From Candidatus Binatia bacterium (GTDB lineage: Bacteria > Desulfobacterota > Binatia > Bin18), in contig JANWXO010000003.1 of the NCBI GenBank assembly GCA_025057295.1, positions 1 through 44,786 on the forward strand: a stretch of DNA of 44,786 bases. Reading direction: 5' to 3'. The notes below the pieces were generated by a model. The model did no database searches. It was not told the origin of the DNA and saw nothing but the letters and a program-made list of their open reading frames with translations. The translations under genes were made by a program, and so were the position numbers. Position 1 is the first letter of the stretch, and each line of letters opens with the position of its first letter. Of the stretch, positions 9,519 to 18,012 are shown in pieces.

Positions 9519-10982
9519 GTGCAGAAACGCATTGTCATCGTCGATGACGATCACAGCATGCGCACGGCGTTACACGAGGCCCTGCGGGCGGCGGGCTACG
9601 ACACCGTGCAGTGCACCAGCGGGGAAGAGGCGAGCCAGGTCGTCAAGCGAGAAGAGGTGCATTTGGTCATCAGCGACGTGCGTATGCCGGGAAAGGGGGG
9701 GCTGGCCTTACTAAAGGACTGCCGTCTGCTTTTCCCTGCGCTCCCCTTCGTCATGATTAGCGGCCACGCCACGGTCGCCGAGGCAGTGGAGGCGATGAAA
9801 GCGGGTGCGTATGACTTTCTCGTCAAGCCTTTTTCCTACCGTGAACTGGTCGATCTGGTAGAAGCCGCTTTGCGTCAAGGAGCAGAAGACGGGGCAGCGA
9901 GGGACGGGAATCAACGCTCGGGCGGCGGTGCGCCGTTCTCTGGAGAGACGCACGAATTTATTACTGGCCATCCACGTATGCTTGCGCTTCTCAAATTTGC
10001 TGCAGAGGTCGCGAGATCGCAAGCGTCGGTGCTGATTCACGGGGAGAGCGGCACGGGGAAGGAGCTGCTGGCCCGTTTCATCCATGCGCGCAGCCGCCGC
10101 CGTGGCGGTCCGTTTGTCGCTGTCAACTGTGCCGCCCTCCCGGAAGGGCTGTTGGAGTCAGAGCTGTTTGGCTATGAGCGAGGCGCGTTTACCGGTGCGG
10201 TGACCAGAAAGCCTGGCAAGTTTGAACTTGCCCATACTGGCACTCTGCTGCTCGACGAGGTGAGCGAGCTGCCGACCCCGCTGCAGGCCAAGCTGCTCCG
10301 GGTGTTACAGGAACGGGAAGTGGACCGGGTCGGAGGCAGACAGCCGCTCCGAGTAGACATTCGTGTGATTGCCACCACCAACCGCGATCTGCGCCAGATG
10401 ATCAGGGCCGGGACCTTTCGCGAAGATCTGTTCTATCGGCTCAATGTGATTCCGCTGTATCTGCCGCCGTTGCGGGAACGGATCGAAGATATCGAACTTC
10501 TGGCCCAGGCCTTCTTCACCCGTCATGGCTATAAAGACGCCTCGCTCTCTCCTCAGGCCGTAGCACGGCTCAAAGCTCATCCTTGGCGGGGAAACGTGCG
10601 GGAGTTGTTCAACGTACTCGAGCGGGCAGCGATCGTCGCGGCCGGAGAGGTCATTCGGCCCGAGCACCTGTTGTTGGAGGAGGTGGAGGGGTGCCGCACG
10701 GTTACCGCCTGCCATCCGTCCCCCGCATCGCCACTCGCTCCGCTGGAGACGGGACCTGCCGGGCCGGATGGAGATGTGATCCGGGCTGGCATGTCGGTGC
10801 AGGAGATGGAGGAGCGGCTGATTCGCAAGACCTTAGCACAGGTAAACAACAATCGTACGCAGGCAGCCAAGCTGCTGGGCATCACGGTCCGTACCCTGCG
10901 CAACAAGTTGAAACAGTATCAGGCTGCGGCCCACCACGGGGCTGGCGACTCTGCTCCCGCTGGTGTCCAGCCGAGCGACTGA
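9519..10982 (+). CDS. sigma54-dependent response regulator (REC-AAA+-HTH; FleR/FlrC/FlgR-like)
   Basis: ORF 9474..10982. I preferred GTG 9519 because GAGGAGAGG lies 5 nt upstream. The REC domain has the acceptor region LVISDVRMPG. Also present: GESGTGKE, GAFTGA, and the C-terminal HTH NRTQAAKLLGITVRTLRNKL. Confidence 0.85.
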   Translation: MQKRIVIVDDDHSMRTALHEALRAAGYDTVQCTSGEEASQVVKREEVHLVISDVRMPGKGGLALLKDCRLLFPALPFVMISGHATVAEAVEAMKAGAYDFLVKPFSYRELVDLVEAALRQGAEDGAARDGNQRSGGGAPFSGETHEFITGHPRMLALLKFAAEVARSQASVLIHGESGTGKELLARFIHARSRRRGGPFVAVNCAALPEGLLESELFGYERGAFTGAVTRKPGKFELAHTGTLLLDEVSELPTPLQAKLLRVLQEREVDRVGGRQPLRVDIRVIATTNRDLRQMIRAGTFREDLFYRLNVIPLYLPPLRERIEDIELLAQAFFTRHGYKDASLSPQAVARLKAHPWRGNVRELFNVLERAAIVAAGEVIRPEHLLLEEVEGCRTVTACHPSPASPLAPLETGPAGPDGDVIRAGMSVQEMEERLIRKTLAQVNNNRTQAAKLLGITVRTLRNKLKQYQAAAHHGAGDSAPAGVQPSD

Positions 10983-10998
10983 CCGGGAGAACTTTCAT

Positions 10999-11409
10999 AT
11001 GGCCGGGTTTATCCTGTTTGGTCCCACCCATCACCTGCTCACCAGTGCGCTGCGCCTCCGGGCCCTCCGGCACGAGCTGTTGGTAGGAAACATCGCCAAC
11101 CTCGATACCCCAGGCTATCGCCCGCGCGACCTGGACTTCGCCAACACGTTGCGCACGTTGACCCTCGGGCACGCGGGCGTGCAGCGGGTCGGCGACTGGG
11201 GCGCAGGGATGCTGGCGTTCACTGCTGCACAGCCGCGGAGCCTGGTGCGGGAGAGAGGGGGAGAGGAAAAATTGGATGGAAACGGGGTGGATCTTGATCG
11301 CGAGCTGAGCTTGTTGGTGGAGAATACACTGCTCCATGAGACGAGCCTGACCCTGCTCGCGCGTACGCTCGCAGGGCTGCGGTACGCCATCAGCGAAGGA
11401 AAGAGGTAA
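10999..11409 (+). CDS. flgB: Flagellar basal-body rod protein FlgB
   Basis: ATG 10999 within ORF 10963..11409. The rod N-terminal motif LLVGNIANLDTPGYRPRD is present, and the gene has the canonical position before flgC. Confidence 0.85.
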   Translation: MAGFILFGPTHHLLTSALRLRALRHELLVGNIANLDTPGYRPRDLDFANTLRTLTLGHAGVQRVGDWGAGMLAFTAAQPRSLVRERGGEEKLDGNGVDLDRELSLLVENTLLHETSLTLLARTLAGLRYAISEGKR

Positions 11410-11415
11410 GCGGTT

Positions 11416-11916
11416 ATGGACCTGTTCGAGATTTTCCGTGTGAGCGGTGCCGGCATGCAGGCCCAACGGAGTCGCATGAGTGTCGTGGCCGGCAACCTGG
11501 CCAATGCTGAAACGACGCGCACGCCTGAGGGAGGACCCTACCGGCGCCGCAATGTCATCTTTCGCGCGACGCCGGTGCGGGAGAGGTTTTCTACTTTCGT
11601 CGCAGCTTCGGCCGCGCCTGCCAGCGTGGGCGCCCGACAGCCCTGGATTGAGATTGGGAGCCGTCGTGTTGTGCAAGAACCATTGACGGTGGAAGTCGCA
11701 GGAGTCCGCACGAGCGCAAGGCAACCCAAGAAGATTTATGATCCGCACCACCCAGACGCAGACGCGACCGGATACGTTGCCTATCCCGACATTAACACAA
11801 TGGAAGAGATGGTGGACCTCTTGTCTGCGGTGCGCTCCTATGAGGCGAACCTGGCGGCTTTGAACGCCACCAAAGCCCTGATCCGCCGGCTGTTAGAAAT
11901 GGGACGAGTGTCCTAG
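11416..11916 (+). CDS. flgC: Flagellar basal-body rod protein FlgC
   Basis: VVAGNLANAETTRTPEGGPYRR at the N-terminus and YVAYPDINTMEEMVDLLSAVRSYEANL at the C-terminus. Confidence 0.9.
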   Translation: MDLFEIFRVSGAGMQAQRSRMSVVAGNLANAETTRTPEGGPYRRRNVIFRATPVRERFSTFVAASAAPASVGARQPWIEIGSRRVVQEPLTVEVAGVRTSARQPKKIYDPHHPDADATGYVAYPDINTMEEMVDLLSAVRSYEANLAALNATKALIRRLLEMGRVS

Positions 11917-11973
11917 AGGGAATGGAGCGGCTGACGCGAGAGCACGAGGACTGAGAACTCCGGAGGACAGCAT

Positions 11974-12273
11974 ATGAAAGAGATCTCCTTGACCGGCTTA
12001 CCAACAGCGACCGTCCCTGCTGTTGCAGACCGGACTCCTGTCAGCTCGCAAGGGCACGACTTTCAAACCTATCTCAGGCAGGCTTTGGGAGAGGTCAACG
12101 ATCTACAGCAGCAGGCGAACCAGGCAATCCAGCAGCTCATCGCGGGGGAGCAGGGTGATCTGCAAGAGACGATCATCGCCCTGGAGAGAGCCGATGTTGC
12201 TTTTCGCCTCATGATGCAGATCCGCAACAAGGTCTTAGAAGCGTATCAGGAGATCGTGCGCATGCAGGTGTAG
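11974..12273 (+). CDS. fliE: Flagellar hook-basal body complex protein FliE
   Basis: It is 99 aa with the C-terminal FRLMMQIRNKVLEAYQEIVRMQV typical of FliE, and sits between flgC and fliF. Confidence 0.85.
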   Translation: MKEISLTGLPTATVPAVADRTPVSSQGHDFQTYLRQALGEVNDLQQQANQAIQQLIAGEQGDLQETIIALERADVAFRLMMQIRNKVLEAYQEIVRMQV

Positions 12274-12376
12274 TCACAGGCCTGGCTGCCGTCCGAGTCA
12301 TGATCTGTCAACCAGACTGCGATACCCCGTGAGATCTGACTCTGGTTCATCCTCATAGCTGGCTGATTGGTGCACT

Positions 12377-13960
12377 GTGTTTGACCGAGTCTTGCGCGGG
12401 CTCCGCCAGGCCAAAGAGTGGAGTGGTCAGGCCCTGTCCACCTTGTGTCCCCAGCAGAGGAATTTGCTCCTGCGGGGGGCACCGGTTTTACTGCTTGCGC
12501 TCGCACTTGGTGGTTACCTGCTGCAGCGAGAGCGGTATCGTCCGCTCTTTACCAACCTGTCTCCTCAGGACGCTGCGGCGGTCATGCGGGAACTCGACGC
12601 CCAGAAAATTCCCTACCTCCTGCGCCAGGAAGGTTCTGTCATCGAAGTGCCGGAAGAGGTCCTCTACCGGACTCGCTTGGAGTTGGCCGGCAAAGGGCTG
12701 CCGCTTGCGGGCGGGGTCGGATTCGAAATCTTCGAGCAGACCCCTTTCGGCATGAGCGAGTTTGCCCAGCGGGTCAACTATCTGCGCGCGCTGCAGGGGG
12801 AGCTCGCGCGCACGATCAACACTCTGGCGGCGGTACAGTCGAGTCGCGTGCACATCGCTCTCCCCGCTCGTTCCGGGCTCTTCGGCGCACCAGAGAAGGC
12901 TTCTGCCTCCGTCGTGATAGATCTCAAACCGGGGTACCATTTGACGCCCGAACAGGTGCAGGGGGTGATCAACCTGGTTGCCGCTTCTGTAGAGGGGCTG
13001 ACACCAGAGCGGGTGACGGTCGTCGACACGTTGGGGCGGCCTTTGCGCTCCACCGCTGAGGAGACGACCTCGGAAAGTGAACTCCTCCATCGCCTCACGC
13101 GGCGGCTGGAGCAGGAGATGGAGGGGCGTATCGAGACGATGCTCGAACCGGTGTTAGGGCCGGGCAAGGCAGTGGCGCGGGTCACCGTCGAACTCGATTT
13201 TCGCGAAACTCAACTGGCCCAAGAAGCGTTTGATCCGGCAGGTCAGGTCATCCGCAGTCAGCAGCAGGAGCTCGAGGAGCAGCCTCCTCTCGGGGGAGTC
13301 CCCGGAGCCCAAGCCAACATTCCCGGCGGGGATGCAGAGAAGCTCAAGGAGGCACCGCTCAAGAGAGAGAACCGCATCGTCAATTATGAGATCGGGCGGA
13401 CGACCAGACAGGTGGTCGAGCCACGTGGCCAGATTCGCCGCCTCTCGGTGGCGGTCCTGGTGGACGGGAAATATCGGGGAGATGAGTATATCTCCCGCAC
13501 CCCGGAAGAGATGGAGGTGCTCCGGGCGATCGTGATGAAAGCCATCGGCTTCAATGCCGAGCGGGGCGATCAAGTAGAAGTCGCGAACATCCCCTTTAAC
13601 ACTGGTCCTCAAGCCCAGGGGCAAGAAGCCACTTCCGGAGGGTTCCACTGGCTGCGTTCCCCCTGGAGTATCGGCGTAGGGGGAGGGGTACTCTTGTTGT
13701 TGCTGTTTCTTGCGCTGCGGTGGGGATGGCGGCGACGCCAGCCGGTGCCTGAGCAGCCACTCGTCATGGAGCAGGCGAGGCGAGAGTTGGAGGACCTCTC
13801 GGGAACGGTCGAGAAGGTTGTGGTCGTGTCCGATCCCCGCCGCGAGCAGCTCGCGCAGATCGCGCGTGAGCACAAAGAGGTCACCGTGCAGATTATTCGT
13901 ATGTGGCTGAAAGAGGGGCAGAGGAAGAAGCCTGAAGTGGAAGAACAGATAGGGGGATGA
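12377..13960 (+). CDS. fliF: Flagellar M-ring protein FliF
   Basis: GTG start. It has an N-terminal TM, the YscJ/FliF motif FTNLSPQDAAAVMRELDAQKIPY, a second TM (VGGGVLLLLLFLAL), and a C-terminal FliG-binding tail. Confidence 0.9.
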   Translation: MFDRVLRGLRQAKEWSGQALSTLCPQQRNLLLRGAPVLLLALALGGYLLQRERYRPLFTNLSPQDAAAVMRELDAQKIPYLLRQEGSVIEVPEEVLYRTRLELAGKGLPLAGGVGFEIFEQTPFGMSEFAQRVNYLRALQGELARTINTLAAVQSSRVHIALPARSGLFGAPEKASASVVIDLKPGYHLTPEQVQGVINLVAASVEGLTPERVTVVDTLGRPLRSTAEETTSESELLHRLTRRLEQEMEGRIETMLEPVLGPGKAVARVTVELDFRETQLAQEAFDPAGQVIRSQQQELEEQPPLGGVPGAQANIPGGDAEKLKEAPLKRENRIVNYEIGRTTRQVVEPRGQIRRLSVAVLVDGKYRGDEYISRTPEEMEVLRAIVMKAIGFNAERGDQVEVANIPFNTGPQAQGQEATSGGFHWLRSPWSIGVGGGVLLLLLFLALRWGWRRRQPVPEQPLVMEQARRELEDLSGTVEKVVVVSDPRREQLAQIAREHKEVTVQIIRMWLKEGQRKKPEVEEQIGG

Positions 13961-14026
13961 CCGCGTGCTGCTGGGTGTATAGCGACGGACCTCCGAGCGG
14001 ATCTTTTGACGCATAAAGGGACAGGT

Positions 14027-15019
14027 ATGCTCACCGGACCACAAAAGGCGGCACTACTCCTCACCCTGGTCGGGGAGGAAATCGCAAGCTCGCTCGTGTC
14101 GCAACTAGAAGAGAAAGAGCTGCTCTTGCTGCGACAGGGCATTCATCACACGGCGTATGTGGAAAAAGAGGATGTCGACTCGTTGCTCACAGAGGTCCAG
14201 CAACATTTGGAGAAGGCTAGCTTTCTCACCGAAGAGACCGCCGAATATCTCCGTCGTGTACTTGCCAAGGCCTTGGGACCAGAGAAGGCCGCAGCCCTCA
14301 TGAGCCGTATCGTGCAGGAGGAGGATGAATCGTCTGGGATCGAAGAGTTGCGCGAGATGGATAGCAAAACTTTGGCCAACTTTTTGCGGGACGAGCATCC
14401 CCAGACGGTAGCGTTTATCTTAGCCCACCTCTATCCAGAGCATGCCGGACAGATTCTCTCCCTCTTGAGCGAAGAGATGCAAGAAGAGGTCGCTTACCGC
14501 ATGGCCCAACTGGGGCGGACCTCGCCGGAAGTGATCGAGGAGGTGAGCAATCTCTTACGCCACGAGATTCGCCAGGTGCGCGGAAGAGAGGTCGGGGGGA
14601 TACGGTCCGTCGCCGAGATGTTGAACCATGTCGATAAGACGACCGAGGAGCGCATCCTCGCCTGCCTGCACAAAATGGATCCCGAGCTTGCCGACAGCGT
14701 GCGCGGCCTCATGTTCGTGTTCGAAGACCTCGTCCAGATCGACGACCGCAGTATGCAGCAACTCATTCGCGAAGTGGAGCGAGAGAAGTGGGTGTTGGCG
14801 TTGCGGACCGCCAGTCCGCAACTGAAAAAGAAGATTTTCGGGAATATGTCCGAGCGCGCGGGAGCGCTGCTGCGCGAAGAACTCGAATCGTTGGGACCAG
14901 TGCGGCTGCGGGACGTGGAGAAAGCCCAGCGGGAGATCCTCGATTTTGCCCGTCAACTGGAAGCGGAGGGGAAAATCTTTTTGACCGCAGGGAAGGGAAA
15001 GGAGGATCAACTTGTCTAG
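14027..15019 (+). CDS. fliG: Flagellar motor switch protein FliG
   Basis: ATG 14027 within ORF 14006..15019. LTGPQKAALLLTLVGEE is at the N-terminus and MFVFEDLVQIDDRSMQQLIREV..REELESLGPVRLRDVEKAQREIL forms the torque-helix region. Confidence 0.9.
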   Translation: MLTGPQKAALLLTLVGEEIASSLVSQLEEKELLLLRQGIHHTAYVEKEDVDSLLTEVQQHLEKASFLTEETAEYLRRVLAKALGPEKAAALMSRIVQEEDESSGIEELREMDSKTLANFLRDEHPQTVAFILAHLYPEHAGQILSLLSEEMQEEVAYRMAQLGRTSPEVIEEVSNLLRHEIRQVRGREVGGIRSVAEMLNHVDKTTEERILACLHKMDPELADSVRGLMFVFEDLVQIDDRSMQQLIREVEREKWVLALRTASPQLKKKIFGNMSERAGALLREELESLGPVRLRDVEKAQREILDFARQLEAEGKIFLTAGKGKEDQLV

Positions 15020-15797
15020 AGTAGTGATCTGCGATGGCCGCGATGACGCGGAGGTGCGACCGTATCGGGAGGTGGATGTGAACCTACTCCTCGATGGACA
15101 CAGATTGCCAGAGAGGTGGGAAGAGGCGAGTGTGGATAGCCAGGAACAAGAAGGAACAAACGAAGCCGATGCCTCTGCATCCCTCCTGTCTCCGGCACTC
15201 CTTTCTACTCTCGCCCCCCTGATTTTTTTGCTGGCCGCCGAAGGAAGGGCAGCGGAACTTGTGGCGGAGGCTCGCCAGCAGGCCGAGATTCTGCAACAAG
15301 AGGCCTATGTTCAGGGACTGGCCCAGGGACGTGAAGAGGGACGCGAAGCGATGCGGAGCGAACTGCTGTCTGCTCTCGCTGCCCTCGGTCAGGTAACGGC
15401 GCGCCTCGTCGCCCTCGAAGATCACCTCGTCGCCCGCTTTACCCCTCAGCTCGTCCGCCTGGCTCTGGAAGTGGCGGAAAAGATTGTCGGCAAAGCGGTG
15501 GAGGAAGATCCCTCCCTCGTTGCCTCCGTCCTCCAGCGAGCTTTGGCAGAAGTCCCTCACGCTACACAGATACGCCTCTGGCTCCACCCCGCTGATTATC
15601 GTCTCCTGGTGGAGCTCTCTCCGGACCTGCTCCAGGACCGGACGCAGGGGAGCAGGCAGGTGACGGTTTGTACGAGCGAGGAGATCGGTCGCGGGGGATG
15701 TCGCGTGGAGACCGAGCTGGGCACAGTGGACGCCACTATTCCGGTGCAGTTGCAGGAGATCCGCAGACAGCTCTTGGATGAAGAAACGGAGGGATAA
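15012..15797 (+). CDS. fliH: Flagellar assembly protein FliH
   Basis: TTG 15012 lies 6 nt after AAGGAGGA and overlaps the fliG stop. It has a coiled-coil region AELVAEARQQAEILQQEAYVQGLAQG and sits between fliG and fliI. Confidence 0.75.
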   Translation: MSRVVICDGRDDAEVRPYREVDVNLLLDGHRLPERWEEASVDSQEQEGTNEADASASLLSPALLSTLAPLIFLLAAEGRAAELVAEARQQAEILQQEAYVQGLAQGREEGREAMRSELLSALAALGQVTARLVALEDHLVARFTPQLVRLALEVAEKIVGKAVEEDPSLVASVLQRALAEVPHATQIRLWLHPADYRLLVELSPDLLQDRTQGSRQVTVCTSEEIGRGGCRVETELGTVDATIPVQLQEIRRQLLDEETEG

Positions 15798-15812
15798 CTC
15801 GGGGGCGTTTGT

Positions 15813-17210
15813 ATGCCTCCCGAGGCGTGTCCGGACCCAGCTATGGGCGAACGAACGGAGCATACAGAGCAGGGAACAGGTGAGCCGGAGCGATGGCGTA
15901 TCGATCTGGCTCCCTTTCACGATCGCCTGCGCGCGCTCTCTCCCTTGCGCGTGTGGGGTACGGTGACGGACGTGCTCGGACTCCTCATAACCAGCCGCGG
16001 GCCGTGGCTTCCCGTCGGTGGCATCTGTGAGGTCCATCCTTTGCACGGGGGCAGTCCGGCCCTGGCCGAGGTCGTAGGGTTTCGCGGAGGGCAAACGCTG
16101 CTGATGCCGCTGGGGGAACTGCGCGGGGTAGGAGCTGGGAGTACGGTCATCGCTCGGGCGCGCGCAGCCCACTGCACGGTAGGAGAAGGGCTCCTCGGTC
16201 GAGTCATCGATGGTTTGGGCCGTCCGCTCGATGGCAGAGGCATCATCCCTGCTGCTGGAGTCTATCCGCTGTATGCTCGTGTGAAAAACCCCCTGGAGCG
16301 GGAGGAGATCAGAGAACCGCTGGATATGGGCGTGCGCGCCATCAATGGCGTGCTCACTTGCGGCAAGGGACAAAGAATCGCCATTATGGCAGGCGCCGGG
16401 GTGGGAAAAAGCACGCTGCTCGCCATGATCGCCCGCTATACGCAGGCCGAGGTCAAGGTCATCGCCCTGATTGGCGAGCGGGGGCGGGAGGTGCAGGAGT
16501 TCGTCGCACGAGGATTGCCAACGCCAGACCGGGAGCGCATGATCGTCGTCGCTGCTACGTCTGCCGATCCACCTCTCGTGCGCGTGCGGGGGGCGTTTCT
16601 TGCCACGACCATTGCGGAGTACTTCCGTGATCGTGGTCAGGACGTCCTTCTGCTGATGGATTCCCTGAGCCGCCTGGCTATGGCCCAGAGGGAGGTCGGA
16701 TTGGCGACCGGGGAACCACCATCCACCAGAGGGTATCCCCCCTCCGTCTTTGCCTTGTTGCCACGGTTGCTCGAGCGCACAGGCAAGTGGAAAGGGCAGG
16801 GCAGCATCACTGGTGTATACACGGTGTTGATGGAGGGCGATGACCCGCACGAACCTGTGGCCGATACTGTCCGCTCTCTCACCGACGGGCATATCCACCT
16901 CTCCCGCCGCCTGGCAGAGCAGGGCCATTTCCCTGCTATAGAGATCCTCTCCTCGGTGAGCCGGGTGCGGAGCCGGGTCACGACCGAACAACACCAACGG
17001 CTGGTGGCGGAGCTGGTGCGCTATCTGGCTGCCTATCGAGATGCCGAAGACCTCGTTCAGGTCGGTGCATATGCGGCGGGCAAGAATCCCGACGTCGATC
17101 GTGCCCTCCAGCTCCTGCCGAGGATCCGTCGCTATCTCTGTCAAGCAGAGTCGGAAAAGGTCGGCCTGGGAGCGAGTATCGAACAACTGGCGGAACTGCT
17201 GGCGACGTAG
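15813..17210 (+). CDS. fliI: Flagellum-specific ATPase FliI
   Basis: Walker A GAGVGKSTLL, Walker B VLLLMDSLSRLA, and overall F1-beta-like architecture. Confidence 0.92.
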   Translation: MPPEACPDPAMGERTEHTEQGTGEPERWRIDLAPFHDRLRALSPLRVWGTVTDVLGLLITSRGPWLPVGGICEVHPLHGGSPALAEVVGFRGGQTLLMPLGELRGVGAGSTVIARARAAHCTVGEGLLGRVIDGLGRPLDGRGIIPAAGVYPLYARVKNPLEREEIREPLDMGVRAINGVLTCGKGQRIAIMAGAGVGKSTLLAMIARYTQAEVKVIALIGERGREVQEFVARGLPTPDRERMIVVAATSADPPLVRVRGAFLATTIAEYFRDRGQDVLLLMDSLSRLAMAQREVGLATGEPPSTRGYPPSVFALLPRLLERTGKWKGQGSITGVYTVLMEGDDPHEPVADTVRSLTDGHIHLSRRLAEQGHFPAIEILSSVSRVRSRVTTEQHQRLVAELVRYLAAYRDAEDLVQVGAYAAGKNPDVDRALQLLPRIRRYLCQAESEKVGLGASIEQLAELLAT

Positions 17211-17220
17211 AAAGGCACGG

Positions 17221-17670
17221 ATGGCCGCTTTTCGTTTTCGTCTCGCCCCACTCTTACGGTATCGCACCCGCCTGCGGGAAGGGAAGCGCTCGGAACTGGG
17301 TGTTTTGCTGCAGCAGCAGGAGGAGATTGTAGGCCAGATCCAGCGATTGGAGCTCTCTCTGCTCCAACAAACCCAGCATTTGGAAGAGCAGTGTGGTAGG
17401 GTCGTCTCCGCGGTCGACCTCTCTTTGCAGGGTGCCTTTGCCCGACATATAGGAGAGCGTCTGCGCGAGCAGCGCAGGGCCTTGGCGTTCGTGCAGGAGA
17501 AACTCGCAGAGAAGCGCAATGAGGTAGTACAGGCCGACAGAGCGGTAAAGGTACTCGAACGCCTCCGTGCTCGTGCCTGGGAGAGACAGCAGCAGCGGGA
17601 GAAGAGAGAGGAGCAGCACCTCCTCGACGAGGTCGGGCAGAGACGGTCTCGCCATGTGGGCGGGGGTTGA
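17221..17670 (+). CDS. fliJ: Flagellar export chaperone-like protein FliJ
   Basis: ATG 17221 within ORF 17041..17670. It is a 149-aa all-coiled-coil protein starting FRFRLAPLLRYR, immediately after fliI. Confidence 0.75.
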   Translation: MAAFRFRLAPLLRYRTRLREGKRSELGVLLQQQEEIVGQIQRLELSLLQQTQHLEEQCGRVVSAVDLSLQGAFARHIGERLREQRRALAFVQEKLAEKRNEVVQADRAVKVLERLRARAWERQQQREKREEQHLLDEVGQRRSRHVGGG

Positions 17671-17935
17671 GGCGAAAAAAGCAGGGGAAAAAAGTTCTCG
17701 GCAGCGGTCGATTCTTCCCCTGCAGGGGACGGGCGCGCCCTCCTGGGTGGACAGCGCGACCATGTTCGCCGCGAGTCCGCTCCGCGCCTTCAGCGACAGC
17801 TCGAGGAGAAAATCTCACGAGCTGACGCGCGTGACGACTGTCGCTCGGCTCTGGATGGATCGTCTCCTGTTCGGGAAGCGCGGCTGGCATCAAGTTTGTT
17901 ACTGTCTCCGTCTGTCATGCGCGCTCCCTGTTGTG

Positions 17936-17951
17936 TGGCAGACCGCCTGCA
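17936..17951 (+). promoter_or_regulatory. Candidate sigma54 promoter for fliK-flgD-flgE
   Basis: TGGCAG-accgc-CTGCA lies 62 nt upstream of ATG 18013. A second, weaker match TGGCAT-caagt-TTGTT is at 17885-17900. An equally good match occurs inside flhF (31632), so chance cannot be excluded. Confidence 0.35.
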
Positions 17952-18012
17952 CCCAGCCACCTCCTCTCAGGACATGCTGCGTCCTGGGACGCTGCGTGCA
18001 CGGGTGGGGGAT

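Noticed and set aside
15084-17519. An 811-aa minus-strand ORF, the longest in the track, opposite fliH-fliI-fliJ.
   Set aside because: It is entirely antisense to three confidently identified genes. It is Arg/Ser/Pro/Ala-rich with no recognisable motif. Long stop-free antisense frames are expected in GC-rich DNA.
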